Origin: Phyllobates terribilis
Lineage: Eukaryota
Length of the DNA stretch: 64,000 nucleotides
Assembly (NCBI RefSeq): GCF_046119375.1
Contig: NW_027362767.1
Location: 39,308,001 to 39,372,000, forward strand
Direction of reading: 5' to 3'
Shown here: positions 39,636 to 51,735 of the stretch, in pieces
Layout: each line of letters opens with the position of its first letter
Position numbering within the stretch: the stretch's first letter is position 1
Program-made: the position numbers and the translations under genes
The notes under the pieces: model-generated
What the model saw: only the letters and a program-made list of their open reading frames with translations
Database searches by the model: none
Told to the model about the DNA's origin: nothing

Positions 39636-40649
39636 TTACAGTATTATCTCCTGCCCCCATGTACAGCAGATTTGTGGTGCAGTATTTTCCTACTAGTTGA
39701 CAGCAAGCAAACATCCTGAAATAGGTGAAGGACTGCAGGATGTTGGTCAGATGGTTGCAGTGATCTGTGCTGACATCTTTTATCAGAGCCGCCATCCTGC
39801 AGTTTTTCCTGACTGCGGACAGTCTGAATATTCCCTATAACATGTCTCGCCGCTGGAGGTTCTTTGCTCTCATGGATGAATAGATCTTTTCACCAGGACA
39901 CGAGGCCTCGGATGACTTGCGTATTTATTGTCTACCTTGCAGCTCTGGGAGAGGACAAGCAAAAGTTGCTAATTATATTTCATCCTATGTAACATTTCTC
40001 AGGGATTTGAAGAGTTAACTTCTTGGTTGAAAAAAAGTGATCTGACACACCCCCTGATATTACACCCACCTGGTGAAAACTGCCCTGCCCTTACCTCTCC
40101 ATTATACAGGAAAGACAGGTTATCTGCTGACTGCGGCATTCAGATGAAGAGCGCCGCCTAGAGGCCGCAAGTACACAGGGCAAGTGCTATCTGCGTCCCA
40201 TGGGTTTGTTCATGGAGGGGCTAGGACAGCACTATGGCTGTGAATTGGGGTCCTTTATCATCCGCTGTCTCAAAAGTTTGGGCAAGAAATATTTTTTTTC
40301 TATACGTTAGTGTAGCTGCTGATCCCGGGGGTCCCAGCTCTTTGTGTATTAGATCATGGACATTATAGGGGGTCCCCTGCTCTTCACATAATCACCTATT
40401 TATTTGAATGGACACCTGGATATTAATAATGGGGATCCTTAAAGTCTAGAAGTTTGGACTATTTCTTTAATTACACTTGTCATTTCACCCAAGAGCAACG
40501 CAGAGTAATGACCCTGCTGTACACATCACCTACAAGATAAAACGGCTCCACTCTTTTTGAAGAGGTGTTTTTTCTTCTTCGGGATTCTGTCAGTACTGTA
40601 GGTGCTGGAAATCACTTTCCCTCACTTTCCAGCATGAATTCAAAATAGA

Positions 40650-42610
40650 CCCGCCTCTACTTCCTGTAGAAAGACACAGACACGCCTCCACTTCCTGTAG
40701 AAAGACACAGACACGCCTCCACTTCCTGTAGAAAGACACAGGCACGCCTCCACTTCCTATAAAGATATGGACATGCCCCCCCACTCCCTGTAGAGTCATA
40801 GACCCGCCCACACTTCCCCAAGAGACATGAACACGCCCCCACTTCCTGTAGAGACATACACATGCCTCCATTTCCTGTAGCGATACATTGATAAGCTTTC
40901 ACTTCCTGTAGCACGATATGGACATGCCTCCACTTCCTGTTGCGATACATAGAAATGCCCCACTTCCTGTATGGAGATATCGACCCACCCCCACTTCCTG
41001 TAGAGAGACAAACACCAGCCTCAGCCTCCTTTAGAGACACAGACCCGCCTCCACTTCCTGCAGGAAGACATAGACCTGCCCCCACTTCCGGTAGAGACAT
41101 TGACATACCTCCACTTTTTGTAGAGCCACAATGACCCGTCCCCCACTTCCTGTAGAGACAATGACCCACCCCCACTTCCTGTAGAGAAAATGCCCCCCCC
41201 ACTTCCTGTAGTGACAAAGACCCACCCTCACTTCCTGCAAAGCGAGAATAACACCCCCCACTTTCTGTAGAGCAACATTAACACGCCCCTCACTTTCTGT
41301 AGAGCGACAATGACCCGTCCCTCACTTCCTGTAGAGACAAAGACATGCCCCCCACTTTCTGTAGAGCGACAATGACCCATCCCCCACTTCCTGTAGAGAC
41401 AATGACCTGTCCCGCACTTCCTGTAGAAACAATGACCCGCCCCCACTTTCTGTAGAGACAATGACTCGTCTTTCACTTCCTGTAGAGAAAATGACCCGTC
41501 CTGCACTTCCTGTAGAGACAATGACCCGTCCCGCACTTTCTGTAGAGACAATGACCCGTCCCCCACTTTCTGTAGAGACAATGACCCGTCCCCCACTTTC
41601 TGTAGAGACAATGACCCGTCCCCCACTTCCTGTAGAGACAATGACCCGCCCCCCACTTCCTGTAGAGACAATGACCCGCCCCCCACTTCCTGTAGAGACA
41701 ATGACCTGTCCCGCACTTCCTGTAGAGACAATGACCCGCCCCCACTTTCTGTAGAGACAATGACCTGTCCCGCACTTCCTGTAGAGACAATGACCCGCCC
41801 CCACTTTCTGTAGAGACAATGACCCGCCCCCACTTTCTGTAGAGACAATGCCCGCCCCCACTTTCTGTAGAGACAATGCCCGCCCCCACTTTCTGTAGAG
41901 ACAATGACCTGTCCCGCACTTCCTGTAGAGACAATGACCCGCCCCCACTTTCTGTAGAGACAATGACTCGTCTTTCACTTCCTGTAGAGAAAATGACCTG
42001 TCCTGCACTTCCTGTAGAGACAATGACCCGTCCCGCACTTCCTATAGAGACAATGATCCATCCCGCACTTCCTGTAGAGACAATGACCCGTCCCGCACGT
42101 CCTGTAGAGACAATGACCCGCCCCCACTTTCTGTAGAGACAATGACTCGTCTTTCACTTCCTGTAGAGAAAATGACCCGTCCTGCACTTCCTGTAGAGAC
42201 AATGACCCATCCCGCACTTCCTGTAGAGACAATGACCCGTCCCGCACGTCCTGCAGAGACAATGACCCGCCCCCACTTCCTGTAGAGAAAGTGACCCGCC
42301 CCCACTTCCTGTAGAGACAATGACCCGTCCCGCACTTCCTGTAGAGACAATGACCCGTCCCGCACTTCCTGTAGAGACAATGACCCGTCCCGCACTTCCT
42401 GTAGAGACAATGACCCGTCCCGCACTTCCTGTAGAGACAATGACCCGTCCCGCACTTCCTGTAGAGACAATGACCCGTCCCGCACTTCCTGTAGAGACAA
42501 TGACCCGTCCCGCACTCCCTGTAGAGACAATGACCCGTCCCGCACTTCCTGTAGAGACAATGACCCGTCCCGCACGTCCTGCAGAGACAATGACCCACCC
42601 TCACCTCCTG
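40650..42610 (+). repeat. 30-bp minisatellite (CACTTCCTGTAGAGACAATGACCCGTCCCG)
   Basis: Degenerate at 40650-41300 and near-perfect at 42300-42590. It explains the overlapping SLQEV/LYRK/MTRPALPVET pseudo-ORFs. Confidence 0.94.
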
Positions 42611-45457
42611 TGATCCTTCTCTGCTGCCATTGACGGATTACACTTGACCACACTCTAGACACAAAGTTACATAGAAGGAAAACATATTTCTTGGCTCTGA
42701 TTTCCCAGAATGAACGAGCTAGTTTAGGTAAAATAAGGATTTTGCAAATCTGTAGGGCATCGCCATCATGACCCCAAGATTACAGCGACCATTTAAAGCC
42801 TGAGCCTTTCCTTATGAGCCCCCATTCTGCCTTATAGCGTCTTCCTGTGCCGGTTTCTGCAGTCCCGTTCTTGGATCTTAGGGTTCACTCTTTGTGGTCT
42901 TATATCGACATCTATGCAGCATTACTCTTTAGAGGTGGAGAGCTAGTCCTGGAAATGCTCACATAGACCCCCCCCCCCCCCCTATAAAAATCAGCAGCCG
43001 CCAAAGAAGGGGCCACTTATCTGATAACTACAGAAAATGATGAAACTTCTCCTGCAGCGCCTGGAGATAAGCAACTGTAAAAATCTGAAAACTGCTTCAA
43101 TCTGCCCCCTAGAGGCACAAACCTGCATCGCACTTCCATAATGTGACCCAGTTACTGGGAAAAAGGAGACAGAGGCAGGTGATTTATAAGGCGGTTCTCC
43201 TACAATGTGACTGCTGTGACAGATGGAAACTCGTTCATGTAGTAGCATTGTTCACCTCAAAAGTGTTCACACTAAAGGGATGCACTATTCAGAGAACCTC
43301 ACCTAAGGCGGCACTGTTACGTTACAGGATGAGGCATCCCAAATATCCCTATATTACACTTACTGTCATCCAGGCTTCCTTGTAGTTCAAACCTATAAAG
43401 TGCTATGTAATGTGTTAAACGGTCCCCCATGCTTTACCCTGCAGCTTTTCTTATTTAGATTTTCATGGTAAAATGTGCAGAATGATAGACATATGTTTCC
43501 CTGCTGGTGTTATCTGCCTGTGTATGGCCACCCTCAGGGTAATCAGATAATGCCCTGGCCTCCCTCCCTTTCTTCCTCTGCATGCCTTCTGTCTGAAATC
43601 TGACTCCTTCTCTGCTGCAGCAGATGCTTCCTTCCTGCTGTGTCAGCCTCTTTATTCTGCCACTCCTTCCTGCTGATAGTCTCCTTCCATCTCAACCTTC
43701 CACCTGTTGCCTTCTGTGGCACAGTAATGAGCCCTGGGGCTAGTGATGCCTCCGACTACGGGTCCAAGATCAGTATAGGAGAAAGTTCTGAACTTCCTAA
43801 TATATTTTGCACTTCCATTCCTCACCATTTGTAATATCTCTGCTTGCTGTCAGTGAATCATGATTTTTTTTATTGACACCCAAAGGCTAAAAAACCTTTA
43901 TGTTTCTCATAGCAGAAGAGTTACTTTATATCCAGTCTAGAAAATCCGTGGTATCCAGTCTAGACGAGAAGTACCGCAATCTGGCGCGCCATTTTTACTG
44001 TCAAGACCCTGAAAAAAAAACGGACGAACCTCTGTAAAGTCAATGGTGAGATCCATCAAGATCTATTTGTATCTGTAAGCCGGCAGTGATACACTGTAAC
44101 AAACCTTCAGGCCAGGAGAAAGGTTCAGGATAGATCTGACCAGATACAATTGTAGCAGTGAGATCCATTAGGTCTGTACAGATTGTCAGCCTCTCAATTC
44201 ACTGACAGCAAGCAGAGATTCTGAAAACCGATCTAGTTATCTAGAATAAAACTGCTTGAAATGTTGCAAAATTTTGGGCAGCTCATATTTTTTACTTTTT
44301 TACGCCAGTTCAGAAAAACTTTTTGAAAAGCCCTAGCACGCCCGACAAATTCATTATAATGGTCCGAATTAGGACAGAAATAGAAGCGGTTTTGGCAGAT
44401 TTTACTCCAGCAGAACGCCAGTCGTAAGGAATCGGATCCTTATTGTTTTGTTGCGCAGCGTAACCTGTAAGAACAGAGACTCGCATGTCCCGTGGTCGCG
44501 CGTGTGTGGACGTGGCGGCGTCACAGACGATCGCTTGGCCTGGATGTGATGCAGTAATGCAGCGTTTGCTCCCCCATTGCTGATCTCATTACAATCCGCT
44601 CGCTCGCAGCCAAGAGCGAGAGCAGCCACATAAGCTGAACGAGCTCATAGGACGGAGCCGGATCTCCTGTATCCATAGAAATCCACATCCGCGTATAAAA
44701 ACCCTCCTGATATATAATGATTGGTAACCCAGATCGGAGCTGTCAGTAAAACGGCAGAAGACTGATAGCCTAGAGCTCTGCTCAGCCTGAGCCTCCTATT
44801 TCATGAGTACAATTATAGAGCTGCAGTGAAGACTGACAGCCAGAGCAATAAGAGGGAATAAGTAGGATGCAATTCTGCATAGCTGTTCTAATATTGGGAT
44901 CCCGGCACCAAAATTTCCCTTGATGTTGTCTCTTGTATACCAGAATGTTTCCATTCACTGACAGCAAGCAGAGATCCTGAACCTGGTACTAGATTGAAAC
45001 AAAAAGTAGTGAATATTAAAAATGTATATCTTTGTTCATCCTGAGCCTCCTGGTTCACAGGTTGTTACTTCACAGCCTCTGCCGCCCTTATGGTGGAGCA
45101 GATGAGAGCGTAGAACCGTTAGATTCCAAAATTTTCCGGAATGCGCTGTAACTTTTTAGGGTCACCAGAGGTCACCGCTCATTTCCCATTATCCGCCCCA
45201 TTGCATCTGGAGTGCGGAGCTCGGGATCATTATAAAAGTCGCCTTCGCCATGGCGAACAGTCTGTGTCAGTATACTAAAAAAAGCCATCACGCCTCGCCA
45301 TTTCCATGGTTACCAGCGCCGCTTCCTGCCATTTCTTCGTAAGATTAAATAACAGGCAATTAAGGCGCGGATCAATTTAGACGGCTCCCTGGACGCGTTT
45401 TGGATATTTTTATCTGGAATTCCTTGGAGTCAATGAGAGACACAAACCCAGATTTAA

Positions 45458-45814
45458 AGGGAACCTGTCGCAGTCTGATCTGCCGGCGGGATGCTATAGA
45501 GCGGGAGGAGACAATCGGATCGATGTACATTATTATGGCAAAAGATTCAGTATTACCTGCATTTTATTCATTCAAATCCCTGCTGCCTGTATGTATAGGA
45601 GTCCAGTGGGCGGTCCTACTGAGTGATTGACAGTCTCTCCTGTATGATTCTGCATGCAGAGATCTCTAGTAGGACCGCCCACTGGACTCATGAATAAAAT
45701 GCAAGTTATACTGAATCTTTTCCAACAAACCTGTACATCATTCTGCTCAGCGTCTCCTCCTCTGTACCCTGCTGTCCACAGATCACACAGCATCTACAAT
45801 GTGACAGGATCCCT
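45458..45814. mobile_element. T2/Kolobok-type MITE (~357 bp)
   Basis: TTAA|AGGGAACCTGTC ... GACAGGATCCCT|TAA termini (TTAA-AGGRR pattern). Internal inverted repeat GAGTCCAGTGGGCGGTCCTACT / AGTAGGACCGCCCACTGGACTC. Confidence 0.8.
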
Positions 45815-45990
45815 TAAGGTATAAATACTTCCCAATTACACCCCATACCACCTTAAAAATAAGGCCAAACTCTGTCATCTTGTGCTCCGGTATTTTTATT
45901 CTAAAGTAAATGCTAAAACCCATATGAAGTAGCATGTGATCCACCTACAGTCTCCAGAGTCTATCCATCCCTCATACTTTACACTGCAGC

Positions 45991-47259
45991 CAGGGGCATA
46001 ACGATCGCAGTCGCAGAGGGTGCAACCCAACCAGGCTTGTGCGGGAGGGGAACCAGCCGACGCATATTTCACTTGGATGTGCATCCGAGGACATCCGAGG
46101 TCCCTGCACTGCAATACACGCTGCCAGCCAATCAGACGCCGGCTGCTGACGTCGGCTTGCAAGTCACTAGCGGCACATGGCAGTGATGGCATGCGCTGCC
46201 CATTACTTGCACGCTGAAGTCAGCTGCCGGCTTCTGCGTCAGCAACAGAAGAGGACGCCGCATGTCATAAGCAGCAGAACAGGGGACATATATACCAGGA
46301 TGGGGGACGTATATACCAGGATGGGGGACATATATACCAGGATGGGGGACATATATACCAGGATGGGGGATATATATACCAGGATGGGGGATATATATAC
46401 CAGGATGGGGGACGTGTATACCAGGATGGGGGACGTGTATACCAGGATGGGGGACGTGTATACCAGGATGGGGGACGTATATTCCAGGATGGGAGACGTA
46501 TATACCAGCATGGGGGACGTATATACCAGGATGGGGGACGTATATACCAGGATGGGGGACGTATATACCAGGATGGGGGATGTATATTCCAGGATGGGGG
46601 ATGTATATTCCAGGATGAGGGATGTATATTGCAGGATGAGGGACGTATATTCCAGGATGGGGGACGTATATTCCAGGATGGGAGACGTGTATATACCTGG
46701 ATGGGGGATGTATATACCAGGATGGGGGATGTATATACCAGGATGGGGGACGTATATACCAGGGTGGGGGATGTATATACCAGGGTGGGGGATGTATATA
46801 CCAGGATGGGGGACGTATATACCAGGATGGGGGACGTATATACCAGGATGGGGGACGTGTATACCAGGATGGGGGACGTGTATACCAGGATGGGGGACGT
46901 GTATACCAGGATGGGGGACGTATATTCCAGGATGGGGGACGTATATTCCAGGATGGGAGACGTATATTCCAGGATGGGAGACGTGTATATACCAGGATGT
47001 GGGATGTATATACCAGGATGGGGGACGTATATACCAGGATGGGGGACTATATACCAGGATGGGAGACGTATATACCAGGATGGGGCACATGTATACCAGG
47101 ATGGCGTACATTAGTACAGGATGGGGGAGTGGAGGCAACACGTAGGTCTTTATAGGATTTAGAACGCTACAGGGGCCCATATATCTGACCAACATGGGGT
47201 GGATGGGGGGCAGGTAAACATTTTGCAGCGGGGCTCATCAGATTCTCGTTATGCCACTG
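45991..47259. mobile_element. hAT-type MITE carrying an internal 21-bp minisatellite
   Basis: 14-bp TIRs CAGGGGCATAACGA / TCGTTATGCCACTG (one mismatch). The flanking 8-mers ACTGCAGC and CCTACAGT match at 5/8, so the TSD is aged. Confidence 0.7.
46281..47105 (+). repeat. 21-bp G-rich minisatellite (TATACCAGGATGGGGGACGTA)
   Basis: About 39 tandem copies. A period of 21 gives long stop-free frames (MGDVYTR / YIPGWGT repeats). Confidence 0.95.
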
Positions 47260-47998
47260 CCTACAGTCCTACTCTATTAGGTCACAGCGATGCTCAGAGA
47301 CCCCAGTTTTGCTGCATTGTCTTACTGGAGTCTGAAATCCTCCTCGTGACTCATCAGAGGCTTGTACTGCTGCCCTGTCTCTCTACCATGCTTTACACTG
47401 CAGCTCCTCTTTCTCAGATCGGCAGTTCTGTATAAGCACAAGGTCAGTTTGGAGTCAGTGCGTGTGAGATTATTTATAGTGCGCTTAGAATTATTAACTG
47501 CACGTACTGTACCACAATGGCTGACACAACGGTTATCTCGGCAGGAAGTGTTGCAGCCCAGAGCCTGGTTTTCCTCCAATGTATCAGTCACGCAATGGAG
47601 GCAACTTTTGCACAATCTGAAGCTATCTGGCAGCAGTAAAAAAAAATAATCCGGTCTGAAATACAATAGATTTTATGGGAAGGCCTCATAACAGTGGTGT
47701 CTATAGATGTAGGGTAGGAGACCCCTGAACGATGAGGATTCTGTACCCCGAGAATACAGAGAACGTCCCCGGATGAGTGACTCATCCTGGAGAGAACAGA
47801 AGCTTCTGCCTTGTGTCCATCATTTGCTCCTCCGCTTCTTTTGCTGCAGCAGAATAACCTAAGGTGAACCTCACGTCACCGTCACACCACGAGGACCAGC
47901 CCACTACGGGGTCCTCCACGTAAAGACCACCGCATCTCCGGCATAATTATAATCTCCATTCAAGTATATGTGTGTGTGTGTATATATATATATAATTA

Positions 47999-49627
47999 CA
48001 GTACAGACCAAAAGTTTGGACACACCTTCTCATTTAAAGATTTTTCTGTATTTTCATGACTATGAAAATTGTACATTCACACTGAAGGCATCAAAACTAT
48101 GAATTAACACATGTGGAATTATATACTTAACAAAAAAGTGTGAAACAACTGAAAATATGTCTTATATTCTAGGTTCTTCAAAGTAGCCACCTTTTGCTTT
48201 GATGACTGCTTTGCACACTCTTGGCATTCTCTTGATGAGCTTCAAGAGGTAGTCACCGGAAATGGTTTTCACTTCACAGGTGTGCCCTGTCAGGTTTAAT
48301 AAGTGGGATTTCTTGCCTTATAAATGGGGTTGGGACCATCAGTTGTGTTGTGCAGAAGTCAGGGGGATACACAGCTGATAGTCCTACTGAATAGATTGTT
48401 AGAATTTGTATTATGGCAAGAAAAAAGCAGCTAAGTAAAGAAAAACGAGTGGCCATCATTACTTTAAAAAATGAAGGTCAGTCAGTGCGAAAAATTGGGA
48501 AAACTTTGAAAGTGTCCCCAAGTGCAGTTGCAAAAACCATCAAACGCTACAAAGAAACTGGCTCACATGAGGACCGCCCCAGGAAAGGAAGACCAAGAGT
48601 CACCTCTGCTTCTGAGGATAAGTTTATCCGAGTCACCAGCCTCAGAAATCGCAGGTTAACAGTAGCTCAGATTAGAGACCAGGTCAATGCCACACAGAGT
48701 TCTAGCAGCAGACACATCTCTACAACAACTGTTAAGAGGAGACTTTGTGCAGCAGGCCTTCATGGTAAAATAGCTGCTAGGAAACCACTGCTAAGGACAG
48801 GCAACAAGCAGAAGAGACTTGTTTGGGCTAAAGAACACAAGGAATGGACATTAGACCAGTGGAAATCTGTGCTTTGCTCTGATGAGTCCAAATTTGAGAT
48901 CTTTGGTTCCAACCACCGTGTCTTTGTGCGACGCAGAAAAGGTGAACGGATGGACTCTACATGCCTGATTCCCACCGTGAAGCATGGAGGAGAAGGTGTG
49001 ATGGTGTGGGGGTGATTTGCTGGTGACACTGTTGGGCATTTATTCAAAATTGAAGGCATACTGAACCAGCATGGCTACCACAGCATCTTGCAGCGGCATG
49101 CTATTCCATCCGATTTGCGTTTAGTTGAACCATCATTTATTTTTCAACGGGACAATGACCCCAAACACACCTCCAGGCTGTGTAAGGGCTATTTGACCAA
49201 GAAGGAGAGTGATGGGGGGCTACGCCAGATGACCTGGCCTCCACAGTCACCAGACCTGAACCCAATCGAGATGGTTTGGGGTGAGCTGGACCGCAGAGTG
49301 AAGGCAAAAGGGCCAACAAGTGCTAAGCATCTCTGGGAACTCCTTCAAGATTGTTGGAAGACCATTTCCGGTGACTACGTCTTGAAGCTCATCAAGAGAA
49401 GCCAAGAGTGTGCAAAGCTGTCATCAAAGCAAAAGGTGGCTACTTTGAAGAACCTAGAACATAAGACATATTTTAAATTGTTTCACACTTTTTTGTTAAG
49501 TATATAATTCCACATGTGGTAATTCATAGTTTTGATGCCTTCAGTGTGAATGTACAATTTTCATAGTCATGAAAATACAGAAAAATCTTTAAATGAGAAG
49601 GTGTGTCCAAACTTTTGGTCTGTACTG
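47999..49627 (+). mobile_element. Full-length Tc1/mariner DD38E (Intruder-type) transposon, 1629 bp, inactive
   Basis: TA TSD (47997-98, 49628-29). TIRs CAGTACAGACCAAAAGTTTGGACAC... extend about 268 bp (to ~48266 and from ~49361). Confidence 0.95.
48413..49464 (+). pseudogene. DD38E transposase pseudogene
   Basis: MARKKQLSKEKR...GRPR...CSDESK...KHGG..VMVWG*FAG...DNDPKH...SPDLNPIE, with 38 codons between GAC and GAG. Defects: in-frame TGA at 49013-15 (both track ORFs are in the same frame) and an apparent 1-bp deletion near 49400. The inferred original stop is TAA at 49462-64. Confidence 0.92.
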
Positions 49628-49639
49628 TATATGTGTGTG

Positions 49640-49700
<61 letters not shown>

Positions 49701-49729
49701 ATGTATGTGTATATATAGTGCTATATATA
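49628..49729. repeat. (TA)n/(TG)n compound microsatellite between two Tc1 elements
   Basis: Directly visible. It continues the TG/TA tract at 47965-47998. Confidence 0.95.
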
Positions 49730-50160
49730 CAGTGCATTGTGAAAGTATTTGGCCCCCTTGAACTTTTCTACCTTTTGCCACATTTCTGGCTTCAAACATA
49801 AAGATATAAAATTCTAATTTTTTGGGGAAGAATCAACAACAAATGGGACACAATCGTGAAGTGGAACGAAATTTATTGGATATTTTAAACTTTTTAAAAA
49901 AAAATCAAAACTGAAAAGTGGGGCGTGCAATATTATTCAGCCCCTTTACTTTCAGTGCAAAAGTTCAGTGAGGATCTCTGAATGATCCAATGTTGTCCTA
50001 AATGACTGGTAATGATACATAGAATCAACCTGTGTGTAATCAAGTCTCTGTATAAATGCACCTGCTCTGTGATCGTCTCAGGGGTCTCTGCTCTGTGATA
50101 GTCTCAGGGGTCTCTGCTCTGTGATAGTCTCAGGGTTCTGTTTCAAGTGCAGAGAACATC

Positions 50161-51735
50161 ATGAAGACCAAGGAACACACCAGGCAGGTCCGAGATACTG
50201 TTGTGGCGAAGTTCAAAGCTGAATTTGTTTTACAATAATTTTTTTTATTTTGAAAAAACAAACACTTAACAGGGAATGCAACGTTTACACTAGTTGAGTA
50301 TACGTAAATGATTAAAAGGTTAAACGGAAGAAGGTGGAAGGGGACTGGGAAGGAATAGGGAAGGAATGGGAAAGAATGGGGAAGGATGGGAACACTCAAT
50401 AGAGTGAACAAGGAAAATGGGAAGAATTGAGTCGTCAAATGGTAGGGTATTTTAAGTATAAAGTATAGAGGATAAACCAGAATCAATAGTTATCTGAATC
50501 AACCTAAGTTAATAACAATAGTGATAATTACAACATCTTTTTGACTAGAGATCGTACACACTAGGTAAATGTTAGAACTACATGCATCTTATGGTTATCA
50601 ATCCTATGGAGTACAGGGAAACTTAGTGGTCCAAATATCCCATTTCATTGAAAATCTATGTAAGTTATTGTTGATAATTGCGAATCTATGTTCGTAAACT
50701 TTGTGATGATTCATTTTGTCAACCAGCTCCTCCACCGCGGGGACAAGCGGACCCCTCCAATTAAAAGCCCAAAGCTGAATTTGGATACAAAAAGATTTCC
50801 CAAGTTTTAAACATCTCAAGGAGCACTGTGCAAGCGATCATATTGAAATGGACGGAGTATCAGACCACTGCAAATCTCCCAAGACCCGGCCGTCCCTCTA
50901 AACTTTCATCTCGAACAAGAAGAAGACTGATCAGAGATGCAGCCAAAAGGCCCATGATCACTCTGGATGAACTGCAGAGATCTACAGCTGAGGTGGGAGA
51001 GTCTGTCCATAGGACAACAATCAGTCGTACACTGCACAAATCTGGCCTTAATGGAAGAGTGGCAAGAAGAAAGCGATTTCTCAAAGATATCCATAAAAAG
51101 TCTTGTTTGAAGTTTGCCACCAGCCACCTGGGAGACACACCAAACATGTGGAATAAGGTGCTCTGGTCAGATGAAACCAAAATCAAACTTTTTGCCACAA
51201 TGCAAAACGATATGTTTGGCGTAAAAGCAACACAACTCATCACCCTCAAAACACCATCGCCACTGTCAAACATGGTGGTGGCAGCATCATGGTTTGGGCC
51301 TGCTTTCCTTCAGCAGGGACAGGTAAGATGGTTAAAATTGATGGGAAGATGGACGGAGTCAAATACAGGACCATTCTGGAAGAAAACCTGTTGGAGTCTG
51401 CAAAAGACCTGAGACTGGGACGGAGATTTATCTTCCAACAAGACAATGATCCCAAACATAAAGCAAAATCTACAATGGAATGGTTCAAAAATAAACGTAT
51501 CCAGGTGTTAGAATGGCCAAGTCAAAGTCCAGACCTGAATCCAATCGAGAATCTGTGGAAAGAGCTGAAAACTGCTGTTCACAAACGCCCTCCATCCAAC
51601 CTCAATGAGCTCGAGCTGTTTTGCAAGGAAGAATGGGCAAGAATTTCAGCCTCTCGATGTGCAAAACTGATAGAGACATACCCCAAGCGACTTGCAGCTG
51701 TAATCGCAGCAAAAGGTGGCGCTACAAAGTATTAA
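50161..51735 (+). pseudogene. Passport-like transposase pseudogene
   Basis: ATG at 50161. The frame is broken by the insertion after KFKAEF and resumes in frame as GYKKISQ. Frameshift near 51195; WSDETK, DNDPKH-34-E and stop TAA at 51733-35. Confidence 0.92.
50228..50769 (-). mobile_element. 5'-truncated L1-clade retrotransposon (542 bp) with a 14-bp TSD
   Basis: TSD CAAAGCTGAATTTG at 50214-27 and 50770-83. The minus-strand peptide AFNWRGPLVPAVEELVDKMNHHKVYEHRFAIINNNLHRFSMKWDIW resembles an L1 ORF2 C-terminus. It is followed by a 3' UTR and an A-rich tail with AATAAA. Confidence 0.82.

Noticed and set aside
40590-42662. Overlapping ORFs up to 238 aa
   Set aside because: They are read-throughs of the 30-bp minisatellite in several frames.
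46177-47195. 322-aa and 318-aa ORFs on opposite strands
   Set aside because: They are stop-free only because the 21-bp minisatellite period is a multiple of 3. There is no domain or non-repetitive coding signal.
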